Positions 13,770 to 30,100 of a stretch of DNA of 64,000 bases are shown in pieces. This stretch comes from the human T2T-CHM13v2.0 reference genome, Homo sapiens. The notes below the pieces were generated by a model that was not told the origin of the DNA, ran no database searches, and saw only the letters and a list, made by a program, of their open reading frames with translations. The position numbers and the translations under genes were made by a program. Numbering within the stretch: position 1 is the stretch's first letter; each line of letters opens with the position of its first letter. Location of the stretch: assembly GCF_009914755.1 (NCBI RefSeq), contig NC_060940.1. One strand, given 5' to 3'.

Positions 13770-14440
13770 TCCGTGAGTGTGAGGGCGTGAGTGGGTGCTC
13801 GTGTGGGTGTCTGTGATGGTTGCGCAGAGTGTTGGAGTTTACTGTGTGTATGTGTGTTGTGCTGTGTGGTGTAAATGGGTGTGTGCATGTGTTGGGTGTG
13901 AATGTGTGTTGGATATATGTATAAGTGTCAGGAGTGAGTATGTTGTGTATGGGTGTGTGTTGTGTGTGACTTTGTTGTGTGCATGGCTGTGTGTTGTATG
14001 TGTGACTTTGTGTTTGTGTATGTATGTTGTATGTGCATGTGACTCTGCATGACCTGTGTGGGTGTATGTTGTGTGTATGATTGTGCATTGTGTATGAATG
14101 TGACTATGTGGGCACGTGTTGTGTGTATGCGTGTGTGTCTTTTGTGTGCTGTGTGGCTATGTGTGCATGTGACTGTGTTGTGTGTGGCCTGTGTGTGTTG
14201 TGTGCGTGTGGTTGTGGTTGTGTGTGGCCTGTGTGTGTGTGGCTGTGAGACCTGTGTGTGTTGTGTGTATGTGGCTGTGGTTGTGTCTGCCCTGTGTGTG
14301 TGCACGTGTGCCTGTGGCTGTGTGTCCCCTGTGTGTTGTGTGCGTGTGACTGTGTTGTGTGTGCCCTGTGTGTGTGAGACCTCTGTGTGTTGTATGCGTG
14401 TGCCTGTGGTTGTGCGTGCCCTGTGTGTGCGTGCGTGCAT
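13770..14440. repeat. Long degenerate (TG)-rich tract
   Basis: ~670 bp of tgtgtg/ttgtgtg/ctgtg units. Confidence 0.9.
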
Positions 14441-16769
14441 GGGGCATCCTGCCTGTCCAGCAGAGCTCCCTCTCCCACTTTCGTTAAACCCCATCTCCAT
14501 CCTCCATGCTCAGGAAGGTGCTGGGTAAATACATTGCCATCTGGCTGATGGAACAGCGTCCTGGTTGGGAGGAGTTGGCCACACTCCCCAGATCAGGGAG
14601 AGTCTCCAGGGACTGTGGAAGGAGCCAGGGCTGGGGCCAGGAAGGAAGCAGGGCTAAGGAACCCCTGGGAGCCGCCTCCCACTCCACTCCTGGCCCCAGC
14701 CGTGGGGGCTGGAGCTGATGCAGTTCCAGGGGGCTGAGGGACAGAGGGGGTCCCTCCTCGTGCCTGCCTCCACCCCCAAACCTTCCCTGGGTTCCAGTGT
14801 CACTGCAGGCGGCCTCCCCGAACACTGGGAGACACTGAGAGTCTTAGCTGCCTGGCCTGGTAGCTCAGTCTAGGTGTCACGTTTTCCCCAGGAGAGGGGC
14901 TGGCCCTCAGGCGCAGCGGTCTGGTTCAGAGCCAGCAACACCACAGGGCTCTTGCCTGGAGGGCAGTGCTGCGGGAGGCGGGGTCAACAGGCCCAGGCTG
15001 AGCAGAGGTGGGAGGGCGCAGGAGGGGGCAGCTTACTCCCTCGGTTTCTGGCCCACTGAGGAACGCCTTGGGGAGGGGAGGGCTTTTGGGGTGATGCTGT
15101 TTCCGAGACCCCTGTGTGCCTGCCTTGAGCCCTGTCTCCCGGGTGGTGGGGCCAGGGCCAGCTGCTGCAGCCAGGAGCCCCTCATCCCTCTGACTTCCGG
15201 GGCCCAGGTCTGGGGGCCGGTGGGGTGCAGGGGACCTACACGTTCAAACCTCCCCGTCTGATTCCTGTGGCTGCAGGTGGCTGGCTCTCTCTGGCTGGCA
15301 GTCAGGTGGCCAGGTCTCTGCCCTTTGGATGTCAGCAGAGGTGACGCGGGGTGGCGGGGATGGTAAGAGCTCTGGACTTGAGACCCCCAGGGCACCTCAG
15401 ATGCCATCCCAGTCCTGCTGCTTGCCGGCTCTGTGGCTTCAGGAAAGGAACTCTGCCTCTCTGGGCCTCTGTCTGCTTATCTAGTAATGGGGCTGCCTGC
15501 GAAGCTCAGAATGGGATAGCAGAGACATAAGGGCTCCTAAATGCCAGCACGGCTGCCGTGGCTGTGGTGGTTGTCAGATGGGGCCCTGCTCCCAGAGCCA
15601 GTAGCAGCCCCTGGGTCTTGCAGTCTGCATCTCGGGCTTGCCACGTGTGGGAGGGTGAGGGTGGGGTCCAGGGGGAGCCGAGGGGTGCTGAGGCCTCATG
15701 CCCTGGGCCGGGAGGGGCTGTCAGCCTCGGCCAGGAAGCCAGGTGTGTGTACACTGTCCTGACCTGTTTGCATTCCTGGGCCAGGAAGCCTGAGGCCAGG
15801 CCTGTAATCACGAGGGGGAGAGGGCACCGGGGCCAGTCAACTTCCCCCGAGGGGCATCTGATGGCCTCATCACATCCCGTATGGGTGGGAGGTAGGGGCA
15901 GGACATTTACACCCTAGGGAAACTGAGGCAGCCGGTCCATGGTCCTGGGCTTGTCTGCAGCAGCCCTGCCTCATCTCTGCATTGCTGGGATCTCCCGAGG
16001 CCCCCGAGGCCATGGAGGCTGCCATTAGTGAGCCCAGCAGGATTAAACATGAATGAGTGAGTCCCCGCCATGCCCGCTTCCCCTTTCCCCAAACAAACAA
16101 CCTGCTCCCTGGGGTGATCCGGCCGTCTCACTGGCTGCCCGCAGCCTCTGCTGCAATCGGCCCTCGTGGTTGCGTCACCACGTCTGCTGGCCCGGGGGGT
16201 TTCGCCAGCCTCCTGGCCTCCACAGGGAACCTGAGGGCAGTGGGCCAGGGGGTAACTGGCCCCTGGCCGGCCCAGTGGTTTCATCAGCCGGGGAGGGCAC
16301 CTTGGCAGCAGCTGCCCCTCTGCCTGCAGCTGGGCTCCTCTGGCCCACTTGTCCCCCCCCCACTGATGGTGAGGTGACCGCCGGGTGCACAGACAGCCCG
16401 TCTCCTGGGATCAACACCCCTCTGTTAGCTGTGGGCCCAGTGCGGCTGGCTCAGCCCGAGGGAAGGGCGGCTGTGGGAGAGCAGCTGTCGGCGTGGCTGT
16501 CATCTCCCCAGCGTTGGGGAAATCCAGGATGCTGAGAAGGAGCGAGGTGGCCAGGCTGGCCCTAGGCTTCCTTGTTTCACAGTTTCCCTCCTACCCTGCT
16601 CATGATGCCCAGCCAGCCGGCAGGCTTTCCTGTGGGGGTGAATACCTCATGGTGTGGGAGCTGATCCCCCAAATGGGGGGTGTCACTGCCCACATGCCTG
16701 AGGACCAGTTAACGTCACAGAGCCCAGACTACAGAGTTACCCGCCTTTAGGGGGCTCCATTTGTCCCTC

Positions 16770-16960
16770 AGGGGGCAGTGTGTTTTGTGATTAGACCATG
16801 GACTTTGCCATCAGTATGTCTGGGCTCAAATCCTATCTCCACAGTTGCTAGCTGTGTGACCCCAGACAAGCTGTTTAACCTCGCTGGGCTCCAGTTTCTT
16901 CCTATAATGCCACCCACATCCCACAGGGGTAGTAATAGGACCTGCCTGCCTAGTAGAGGG
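16770..16960 (+). mobile_element. MIR
   Basis: tctgggctcaaatcc..ctagctgtgtgacc..gacaagctgtttaacctc.ctgggctccagtttc. Confidence 0.7.
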
Positions 16961-19409
16961 AGCACTGGCTGCCTTGGGTACCTCACTGGTGGCTGAGCCT
17001 GAGCTCGCGGCCCTCCAGCCTCCCATCAGCCTTTTCGGACACCAGCCAGCAGCCTTGGACTGGCTGCATTGACTCTGCCGGGGTAGAAAGGCAGGGACCT
17101 GCCAGATGCCTCCAGCAAGGGTCCTGGGACCGTGCAACTTTCCCTGTCCCCTGGCTCATGGCTCCTGGGTGCAGACAGTCCCCACCTGGTACAGCTGCTG
17201 AGAGACAGGCACCTGAGCCTGACACCTGACTCGCAGCCCACCAGCCGGACATCTCTGCACCCCCACCCTGTGCTCAGCAGCAAAAGACACATTCACTGAG
17301 CACCTACTGTGTGCCAGGCCCAGCTCCTCCCCAGGGATTAGCTCGAGAACCCTCTCCACAGTCCCTCAACATAGGGACTCGCTGTTCCCTTTTGCCAGCT
17401 GTAGTGATGGGGCGTGCAAGGCAATGTTGGGGACCCAGGCCGCTGTGCCACTGGCCCCCGACCCTCAGGAGCTGCAGAAGTAGAGTGCGTGCCCCACTGT
17501 CTGCACAGGGTGAGAAGAACGGCCAGTCCCACGCGCGCCAGCAGCCAGGACTGCTGGAATCCAGGGCAGGGTGGTCTGGAAGGGTCAGGCTGTGGGGAGA
17601 GAGGTGGGTCTTCAAAGGCAGCGGCTGCCTGGGAGCAAGGCTGGGTCAGCCGGGCAGGCCAAAGGGACACAGCACAGACAGGGCAGTGGTTACAGGCAGT
17701 GTGGGATGTGGGTGGAGAGCAGGGATGGGGAGGGGTGGGACCACCTGCCCACTATCAGGGATCTGGGCAAGGTCTACGCCGCCTGCCAGCTTGGCTGCCT
17801 GTGACTGCATAAGAAAGAATTCAAACCAGCCACCTCTCCCCTCACTTCTGATGATGGATAAAGACGTCCGCTCGCTCTCTTACAGGCGACCAGAGCCGAT
17901 AATTAGCTTTTAACCTGTCCCCACCGTTAACTGGAAAAGGTCACCATTTGTTCCAGGGAGCTGCTAGTGTATAAAGAACTAAACATGGCCAATTTTGTTC
18001 AGGATGAATTAAGACTTGTAAATGTAAAATGAGTTCATCTATTTAATTAAGTAGCAGCAATATGGATGTTAAATTAAGTTCACAGTGGAAGTGCCAAAAC
18101 AGTGTTGTAAAAATATTGTCCGTGGTGCAGGGATTTGGGGAGGGGGTGGCCCTCTCCCTGCGTTCACCTCTCCGGTCAGGATGATCCCGATGAGGCCGTG
18201 GACTGCGCCCCACCTCCTCTGTCTTCCTGAGCAGCGGCCTGACTTGAAGCCCAGGGAGCTGCAGCGAGGCCTGTCATGCTTCCCCCTCGTGAGGAACCGC
18301 TGCCTGGGCTTGTCTCCCCACTGGTCCGTGGGCGCGCAGGGGCTGGCTCCGGCCTCGCCCACCTGTGCACACGCGCGTGTTAAAGGGCGTCATGTGAGGC
18401 GGGTGATTGATGAGAAGGCCACTGCCCCTGCCGGGAGGGAGGGAAGCCGAAAGGACCATGCTGAAGAGGTTCGCCCTCAGAAGAACCTCTCCCAGAGAAG
18501 AAGCTGGGCTGGGATGAACCGGGATTACCGGGGAGGCAGGGGTTGAGGGCAAAGGCCACATGCCCAGAGCTGGGGCCAGAGCCAGGCTCTTGACCCTCTT
18601 CCCTGCTGCACGGGCATTGCCAAAAAGGCAGTTGCTCTGTGCTGGGGAGGCGGTTACTTCCTACGCACCCGCGCCACACTGCCCCGGGAGGGGCTTGCAG
18701 CGGTGAATGGGTGAATGGAGTTCCGGGACCAGCAGCCTACCCCGGTGGGAAGCGGGGCCGGCAGCCCTGGCAGGGGAATGTGGGGCCAGCAGCGGGCCGG
18801 GGAAGTGGGCTGATTGCACAGCCTGTGCTCTGGAAGAGAGCGCACGGGCTTGCCCACACCGATGGACGTGGACAGCTGTGAATGGTAGCACAGACATATA
18901 CAGGAGTGACCGTCGAAGGAGGGGGATTAACTGGTGGAATGGGAACAGAGTCAGGGAATATTTCCTGAAGTAAGAGATTTCCTCACTGGGTTTTAAAGGA
19001 CGCATAGGAGTTTGCCTGGTAGGTGGGGAGGAGAAGGCCGTTCCTGGAAGAGAGAGAGGAGCATGTGTGTCTGTTCTGTTCTCACACTCCAGCAGTTCAC
19101 GGCAGAGGGAGAGACGAGGACAGCTGCAGAGGTGGGCAGGGGTGTGGGGGGGCCCCAGCATCAGGCTAAGCAGCTTGCACAAACCCTGCAAACAGGGAGG
19201 AGGCCTTCAGCCATTGGCACTGTTCTAACCTGGGTGTGTGGGCGTGAGCTGGACAGACAAGATTCTCACCCCCGTGAAGCGTGCAGTGCAATGAGGGCCT
19301 CGAACAAACAGATCAACAGATGAATATGTGTTAGGTTGGATGTTGAAAAGCGATGTGGGGAAGATATAAAAGAGTAAGGATTGGGGGAGCAGGGCAGGGA
19401 TGGCTGGGG

Positions 19410-19728
19410 TTGTTTTTGTTTGTTTGTTTGTTTGTTTGTTTTGAGTTGGAGTTTTTTCCTGTCACCCAGCTGGTACAACCGTAGCTCACTAAAGCTTCAA
19501 CTTCCTGGGCTCATGGGATCCTCCCACCTCAGCCTCCCGGGTAGCCGGGACTACAGGTGTGTGCACCACCACCCCCGGCTAATTTTTTTTTTTTTTTTTA
19601 ATTTTTAGTAGAGATGAGATCTCACTATGTTGCCAGAGCTGGTCTCAAAACTCTGGCTTTAAGCGATCCTCCTGCCCCAGCCTCCTTTTTAAGTGCTGGG
19701 ATTACAGGCTGACCCACTGCACCCAGCC
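19410..19728 (-). mobile_element. AluJ
   Basis: Diverged antisense dimer with (TTTG)n tail; gatcctcccacctcagcctcc. Confidence 0.9.
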
Positions 19729-19738
19729 GTGGATTGCT

Positions 19739-19761
19739 GTTTTTTGTTTTGTTTTGTTTTG

Positions 19762-19792
<31 letters not shown>
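19739..19792. repeat. (TTTTG)n microsatellite
   Basis: Direct reading. Confidence 0.9.
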
Positions 19793-19794
<2 letters not shown>

Positions 19795-20419
19795 TGGGGT
19801 GGTCAGGAAGGGCCTTCTGATACCCTTTGGCAGAGCACAGAAGAAACCAAGGGTGGTGGGATGTCTTATCGTCTGGGGGAAGTGCAAGCTGATGCCTCTT
19901 GTTCCAACATGATTATTGATAAAGCCCTTTCTGGTCATGTGGCTGCCTCGTGGAGGAGGTAAGACAGGCAAAAAGGGAAGAGCTGGTGCAGAGGCCCTGG
20001 GGCGGGAGTGAAAGCCAGGAGATCAGCGAGTGGGAGGAAAATAGCTCAAGACCCCAGAGGCCATTGTAAGAACTTGGCCTTTACTCAGAATCAAATGGGA
20101 GCCATGGAGGGTTCTGGGCAGAGGCACCCTCATCTTGGTGGACCGGCCTCCTCAGGCTGCAGTACTGAGAACTGACTGTAGGGGTAGCAGCAGGAGGCCA
20201 GTGAGGCGGCGCCTGCAGTTGTCCAGGGGGGTCGGACCGGGTTAGACTTGGTCCAATTCCGGATGTGCAGGTGGTTAATCGTGTGTGGGACTGGAGTGGG
20301 GGTGGGGGTGTCAAGCCGCCAGGAGGTTTTCAGCAGAGAAGCTGTGCCATCGGTGTGTGGCCCGGAAGGCCACGTCGGTGGCTCCGTGGCAAGCGAGCAG
20401 CGGTCCAGGAGACAGGGGC

Positions 20420-20773
20420 AGAGTCTCTGGGTTGCAGCTGGTGGAAGGCCTCAGCAGGCCTCAGCCTGCAGCCATGTTTTCTTAGCTCCTACACAGTATT
20501 TTATTTATTTTTTTAAGATGTATTGCCAATATTTACAATTAAAAACAAAGAAATTTCTTCCCCACATTTAAACCCCAGAGTTCCAGCTTCTCTTTAAAAC
20601 TCCTGGTACCCTGGGTCTGTGCTCCCCCTTGGCACCTGTTGGGGGCAGCTGAGCAGCCCCTGCTATGCCGAGAGGGCAGGCACCCTCCTATTTGCTCTAG
20701 CCCCCCACCCCCACTACGGGGCCCCTTTTCCTTGCCTAACTGGCCCTCCCAGCACGTGAGTTTCTAAGCCCTG
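20420..20773 (+). mobile_element. MER102-like (hAT-Charlie) DNA transposon
   Basis: acacagtattt..ttgccaatattta..agttccagcttctcttta..cagctgagcagc..tggccc..tgagtttctaagccctg. Confidence 0.6.
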
Positions 20774-23229
20774 GCTTTAGGTGTCCCTGGCTGGAATATG
20801 GAGGCCTGTTTGGGGGTAGGCTAGGGGAGGGTAGGTGGAGACGGAACAGGGAGGCTTCCGGAACCTCACCGATTAGACTGTCTAGCTAGAGGGGGTTTGC
20901 CAGAAAGGCTGTCTTCCTGATTACTGGGAAACAGGACCCAGAATGCTAGGCAGCTGGGAGCCACGAAACACCTCTGTCCTTTGCCAGCAGGACCAGCCGT
21001 GGCCTGTAGGGCACCTTGCTGCACATTAGAAAAGGGGTTCCTCCTGTGTGTGGACAGGCACTGGCGAGATGAGTGAAAGGTCAGCTAGACTTCAGCCTGC
21101 TGTTCCCCTTTGCCCAGCCCCTTGTGCAGTGCACAACCTGCCCGCATGTACCCAGCGTTCCTGCCCTGATTGGAACCAGCTCTTGAAGCCTGGTAGGAAA
21201 TGGCAGGACTGTCTGGAAATCCGTGAGGGTAGCGCCTGCCGTCCTGCCTCCTCCGGCCCCCGATTTCCAGCTCAGCCGTCTGCCTTGGCTCCCTGAAGCC
21301 TGTGGAACCATTTAAAAAGCTCCTAACGATATTGATCAATCTCTCTAAAATGGATTATCCTGTTTGCCTCCCAGCCTGACTGGATGCCCTGGGTAAGATC
21401 AGAAAGGAATTATGTTAGCCAGAGGCAGAGGGAGCAAGGGCGCGAATGTATCTCCTCCCCGGTGATGCAATCTTATCAGAGCTGAACTTTACTCTCCATC
21501 TTGGGATATAGGATACTTTGGGGATGTCGGAAAGAAATAATAATCTTACGATTTGCAGCCAGCTCGACACTGAGCCAGCAGGGAGGGGTGGTGGGGGTGG
21601 AGGAGGCTGTGGCATGGACCATTTTTCGTCGGAGCTATTCCCTAGAGAAATCAAGCCCTTGTAGAAATCCCGCTGGAGCCCAGCCTTGGGTGACATGCCT
21701 GCGACCCACTCCATGAGGATTACAGCCTGCAACGAGGGCCCAGGGGACAGGTGCGTTCATTAAAATTTGAAACACAAATGGAAAATTGCTACCTGAAACC
21801 TCACAGAGCACCCAGCCGGGGAATCCAAGTTCCCATTAATGGATGGAATACACAGGAAACAATTACAGCCTGCATGGCAGTTCCTTCTGAGATAGTTGGG
21901 TGTCATCGGAGGAGGGAAAATCTGAACGTGACTGAGACCAGGGGAAACCTTGAGGCCCAAGTGAGGAGGATTCTCTTCTTGCAGCCTCCGTGCCAGAGCT
22001 GAGGCGTAGCCCCCTTGGCCACTCCCTGGACAGTGACTTGCCCTGGCTTCCCTTTGTCTGACAGGTGTTGTTTGGGTTGTCACCTTGGGCTGAACCCCAC
22101 CAGCCTGGCTCTGTGCTGGGAGCAGGGGCTGATCTCTGGCTCCAAGGAGTTGCCAACTGATGCCATGCACACACCTTTGCCTCTGGCTTCGTTCGGTTGC
22201 CCGGATTCAGACCTCAGTGCAGGAGCTTTATTTGGGAAATGATCTCTGGAGATAGCAGGAGAAAGTGGGAAGGGGACATGGGGAAGGGAAGGAGCAATAG
22301 AGAGTGTGTCCTTTAGCCCCACTGTGGGCACAGCTCTGAGACGGCTGGGGTGTTGAGCTGCTTGTACCCATCTGTCCTGTGTCCTGTGAGGCCCTAAACA
22401 ACACAGTCCTGGGGCAGAGAGGTCAGATGGTGGCCGTAGACAGCTTGGGAGTAGGAGTAAGTCGTCCAGGGCCGCTGACCCCTGTCATGGCCCTTGCTTG
22501 GGTAGACGGATGAGCACAGACTCTCGTCCATAGATTCTCATAGGGCATGTCTCTGTGGTGTCGGGTAGGAGAGAGGGAGGAAGGAGCCGTCTCGGAGGGC
22601 CTCAGCTTTCCAGGCAGGCATTCTTGGCCCAGCCTCTGCTAAAAGAAACCCTGGAACCCAAGGATGGCCCCGCTGGCACCTTACACAGAATGTTCTGGAA
22701 CAGTGGCTTCTGCCTGCCCCCCTTCCACCCTGCCCCGGCCCCACACTGCTGTATGGCCTCGCCGGGATGTCTTTTGTGTGAAGTTGTGTTTATTCGGCCA
22801 AGGGACTTGACGTCTGAGGAAATGGCAGGGGGCTCCCTTGTTCTCCCCCAGGATGGACCGGATGGCCCCGGGTCCTGAGACAATGGGCTCAGGGAGGGGC
22901 CAGGTGCTGGGCGCAGGACAGGAAAAGGACAACTTAAACACAAACCCAACTGTGGACTTGAACTTGGACTGCAGAGACAAGAGACTATTTTGGCTGATTG
23001 AGGCTCTCCTCCCTCTCTCTTGGTGTCCTCAGAGAGAACACAGATTCCCCAGGGAGCTGATGGAGAAGGGGCGCGAGTAGGGGGGCAGGCAGAGGCAGGA
23101 CCCGGGTGTCTAGGGAGACAGTAACAGTGACAAGTCTTCAGCACAGGGCTTGCTCTGAGCGCGTTGTATACAGTGTTAGCCTTGAAGAAAGATTGACACA
23201 GACACTCCATTTTAATATGGTTTGTGTAT

Positions 23230-23670
<441 letters not shown>

Positions 23671-23706
23671 AGCGCTGGGGACCCCTCCTTCCTGATTACT
23701 GCCCTA

Positions 23707-24651
<945 letters not shown>

Positions 24652-24688
24652 TCAAAGTATGTTTTTAGCTTTTAATATCAATGTTATT

Positions 24689-26150
<1,462 letters not shown>

Positions 26151-27004
26151 CATACACAGAGATGGTCTGAGCAGGGGACCCAGGCCTTCTCAGGGCCAGG
26201 ATACAGACAGAAATGAGACCCAGCCCCGGCCCCAAAGGGCTCCAGGCTCAGTGAGGTGGGGCAGGGTCACACCAGCCTGGGGGAGGCATGAGGAAGGCTT
26301 GCCCTGTGTGCTCCCGGCTGACTCTGGTTCCTGCCTCACGGTGCCGAGATGGTGGAGCAGCCAGTTCAGAGCCACAGTCATACAACAAGGCATCCTTACG
26401 GAGCCCTCGGGGAACGAGGTGCTCGTCTTTGCCTCCCCTTGTCTGCGGCCACAGCCAGGTCTCCGGGGGGTATGAGATTCTCCCAGATGGGAAACCCTGG
26501 CCTCGGCCTTCCTTCTCTACCCCGCCTGGGTTACCTCCAGAGTCAGTGGGATTTTACAGACACCCTCAGCCTGTGTGACCCGGGAGCTTTTCCAGGCCGC
26601 TGAGGGGAAGCTGCAGAGGGTAAAGGTTGGCCTCCTTATCTGGGCCCGGGAGAGAGGGATTAAAAAGCAAAGCCACCGCGGCCCTCTGGGTGTGACAGTT
26701 GGCTGATAAGAGGAAGGCTGCTTGGGGGTTGGGGTGATACTGGGTGAAAGGAGAAGTGGGTGGGACCCCCAGTAGGTCCTATCACTGACCTGGAGCTGCA
26801 TGTGTCAAGATACCAGCCCCAGGGCCTGAGAGAGCAACACAAAATCCCTGGCTAGGCGCCAATGGGAACCATTTTTCCACCCTCACCCCTACTCTGCCTG
26901 CAGAAATAAAGCTGTTGCCGCAGGGCCAGCGGACCTTCTTTCTTAATTCCCTCCAGCTTCAAAGGCCTGTCCTGTCCGGCCCTACCTCTACCTCATGTGG
27001 TCTC

Positions 27005-27115
27005 TGACGGGCATTCATTGGGCACCTGCTGTATACCCGGAAAGCATTTATTGAGCACCTGCCATACACAGGCTCTAGGCCTAGGCTTTGGGATTCAAAG
27101 ATGGAAGACACAGTA
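27005..27115 (-). mobile_element. L2 3' end fragment with a short internal duplication
   Basis: gcattcattgggcacctgc / gcatttattgagcacctgcc..ctaggc..gggattcaaagatg. Confidence 0.55.
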
Positions 27116-30100
27116 AGGGCTGAGTCATCAGGACAGGGGCTGCAAGAGGGGACAGTAGCAAAGCAGACCCAGAAGGCCACGAGAAAGAGATTCAGAAGAA
27201 CTTGGAGGGAATGTCCCAGGGAAACGGTCCCCAGGAGGGAGGCCCAGCCACCTCTAGCGATTAATGGGTTTTGGCCAGGTCACCAACAAGGCTTCTGTGG
27301 TTGAAGGCCAGGAAGTTCTGAGTTCTCTCCGTGGGGCCTCCCTGGCTTGCTTCCTTTAGGGAAGTGGGTGGTGCTCAGGAGGTGTCGACTGGGGCTCCTC
27401 TGAAAAGGAGAGGCTGAACCTTCTCTCAGTAAGTAACAGTGGAGTTGGCTGCATGGGGGTGAGAAGAAATAGAGCCCCATCCAGAAGCTCCAGGAGGCAG
27501 GACGGTCGGCCAAGCAGCCTCTAGTTCCCAGGGAGGAGGAGGGTCTCCAGGGTGTTCCCTGCTTGCCAGGCGCCTCTGCAGTCCTTGCCTGTGTGGGCCG
27601 CGGGCAGGGCTCGTCTAGCACATGGGACATCGGTCACACCTCACGGATAACGGAGGGCTGGGCCTCCGCTGTGTTTCACACGGTCGGGTGGCAGCTTCTT
27701 CACCCACACTCAGTGTGACAAGGATCTGAGGTACCGCGAGGCCACGGGCCCTGCATGGCAGTGGCTTGGAACCCAGGCCCTCTGGCTCCCAGCCCCTGCC
27801 CTCTCCAGGAGCCTGCCTGGCCTGGAATGGCCATGTCACTGTTCCCGTCTCTGAGGGGTGAGAGGGAGGGAAGAGGTGCCCGGGGCCTCCTGGGATGGGC
27901 CAGGTGTGGCTGATTTTGCCACTGCTACAGGCAAAGGGATGGGGCTGCTGTCAGGAAAGATCATGGGTCACAGGGGAAGTCTGTAGAAACTCAGGACCTG
28001 GAATGGAACCGGCGAGGAATGGTGACCCTGTGCATGGGACACATGCCCCTGGAGTTTGGAGAAAGAGCAGGACGCCTGACGTGGTCATTGAGCCTTCCGG
28101 CCAGCAGGCCCCACCCCGACGAGTGGGCTGGGCAGTGGTCAGGTCCTGCCCTCTCCAGCACCTCGCCCAGGAAGGCTCCAGTGAAGCCGAGATGCAGAAG
28201 CGAGACAGGAGGGAGATTCCAGCTGCCCGTTCTGTGGCTCATTAGTGGCTCTGAGCAGCGTTTGGTCGGAAGGCAGGTGACGCAGGGCCTAAAATCTGGG
28301 CTGCAGGTTAGCTGTGGATGGTGGTGGCCCATGCTCAGGCTGTCCCCATGACAACAGACCATCAAGGATGGGCTGTGTGAAGAGGAGCCGATCCTGATTT
28401 TGATTCTCACAGGCATTTGCTAAGAGCAGGGGAGTGGAGAGAGGGCGGGACAGTGGAGACAGGGGGATCTCTGCCCCGCTCCTGGGAGCTCGGTGACTCC
28501 TGGACCTGAGACGAGCTTTAAAAATGCAAAGGTGAAGCTAAGTGAGGGCTTGAGGGCTGCCCGGCCGGCCCAACCTGGGGTCAACGGGGCTGCCCAGGCG
28601 CCTGAAAGCTGGGGCCCAGCTCAGCCAGGGCTCGAGTTCTGGGCTCAAGCTCCCATGGCGCAGGAACCCCCTGTGGGAGGAAGCTTCCAGAGCCATAGGG
28701 CTCACAGAGGCCACAGTCCCCATGTGGATTCGTGCCCAGCCCCCTTCCGAGGCGCCTGGTTGGCTTCGTACCTGGCCACTGACTTGTCCAGTCACTGTGT
28801 GTCTGCTGCATAGCTGATCCCATGGTGAAGGCCGAAGAGGCCCTGGCGAGAAAGATGAATGAAGGACAGAAAAGCCAGGTGTGAATTCAGAAATCAAATG
28901 GTACCCAAAGCCCCGCAGCAGAGTGAGGGGTCAAGGAGGCTGGGGCGGTTGGGGTGGGCCTCTCTATGGAGTTTGTGTTTGAGTACAGGCTGGGATAGAG
29001 CCAGGAGCCATGGATAGCCAGACAGAGGCCTGAGGCAGGGAGGCGAGCGTGGCTGGAGCAGGGGTGGACGGAAAGGCAGCTGAGGCCAGCTCTTGAGTGA
29101 GGGCCATGGAGCCAGAAGTGCAGCCTTGGGCCCGGACCCCTCCCTGGGCACCATTTCCCACTGGCCACCCGGCTGGATTGCTGGCCTCTCATCTCCCACA
29201 GCCGTAGCTGAATCAGGAGACCCAGGCCAGAAGGGGAGGGGAGAAGAGAGGCACGCTGGCCGTTCTGAGCCGTTGCCGGGCCACCCTAGAGCCACCTGTG
29301 GCCGCCCGGCTGGCCCGCCAGCAATGGGTTTTTAATTATCTAAATATTGCCTCTGCCCTTTGCTTTCAGCCAGGACTGCTGAGCCCTGCAAAAGGCAAAT
29401 CGCTTTCAGTGGCTCAACTTGTGGGGAGAGACGGAAGCTTTTCTCCCTGGCCTGAGTGCAGTGACTATGATCTGCTTGGTTTTCTTGGTGAGAAGAAATA
29501 CAGCAGTGCGGCAGGGAGTTTACAAGTGTGGGGGTACTGGGGAGCAGAAATACACAAATTCCCTTCAGTCCCCAGCAGCCTTTCACCTCCTGGCATGTAC
29601 CGTCTTGTCGCCGGCCCCATGCGTCCTTTCTTTTCTCTGACGGTGCTTGTAGCCAGGGAGCTTGACAAGGGCCTGGGTCTCGACTAAAGGTGCCCTGGGG
29701 GAGCCAGCCTTGGAAGCCAGCCGGTGGTTTCACTGGGGACTTGCCACCTTCGGAGGCCCCTGTGGGGAGGAAGTGGAGGAGGAGAGGGCAGGTACCGCTG
29801 CTTGCAGGGAGGAGGTCACCCACCAGACCAACCAGCTCTTGGAAAAGGATCTGGGAGCAGGCTCGGTGCCCCACTGCCGCTCTCTGGACACCCAGGATTT
29901 AAGCCACCTTCGTTTCCTTTCCTGCTTTAACCTCCCTCTTGCCCTGGAAGACCTCTGGGGCTCCTCCCCATCTCCCACCAGTCCCTCTCCAGCCCCCAAA
30001 TCTCCCCCACCCACCTCGGTATCCCTTGGCTGGAGTGGCCTACAGCTGTGTTCACCAGGAGTGGGTCTGCCACTGACTCTGCCATCCGGGCCACCATGGC

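Larger units (their letters stand above)
19200..20290 (-). mobile_element. Fragmented L2, interrupted by an Alu
   Basis: ggcactgttcta..gacagacaagattctc; ggtggtcaggaaggg; ccattgtaagaacttggcctttactcagaatcaaatgggagccatggagggttctg. Confidence 0.55.

Noticed and set aside
18112-18132. RE1/REST-like core TGTCCGTGGTGC (tempting because GSE1 is CoREST-associated)
   Set aside because: Key flanking positions mismatch the RE1 consensus (GGACAA instead of GGACAG; CCTGCACC instead of TCAGCACC).
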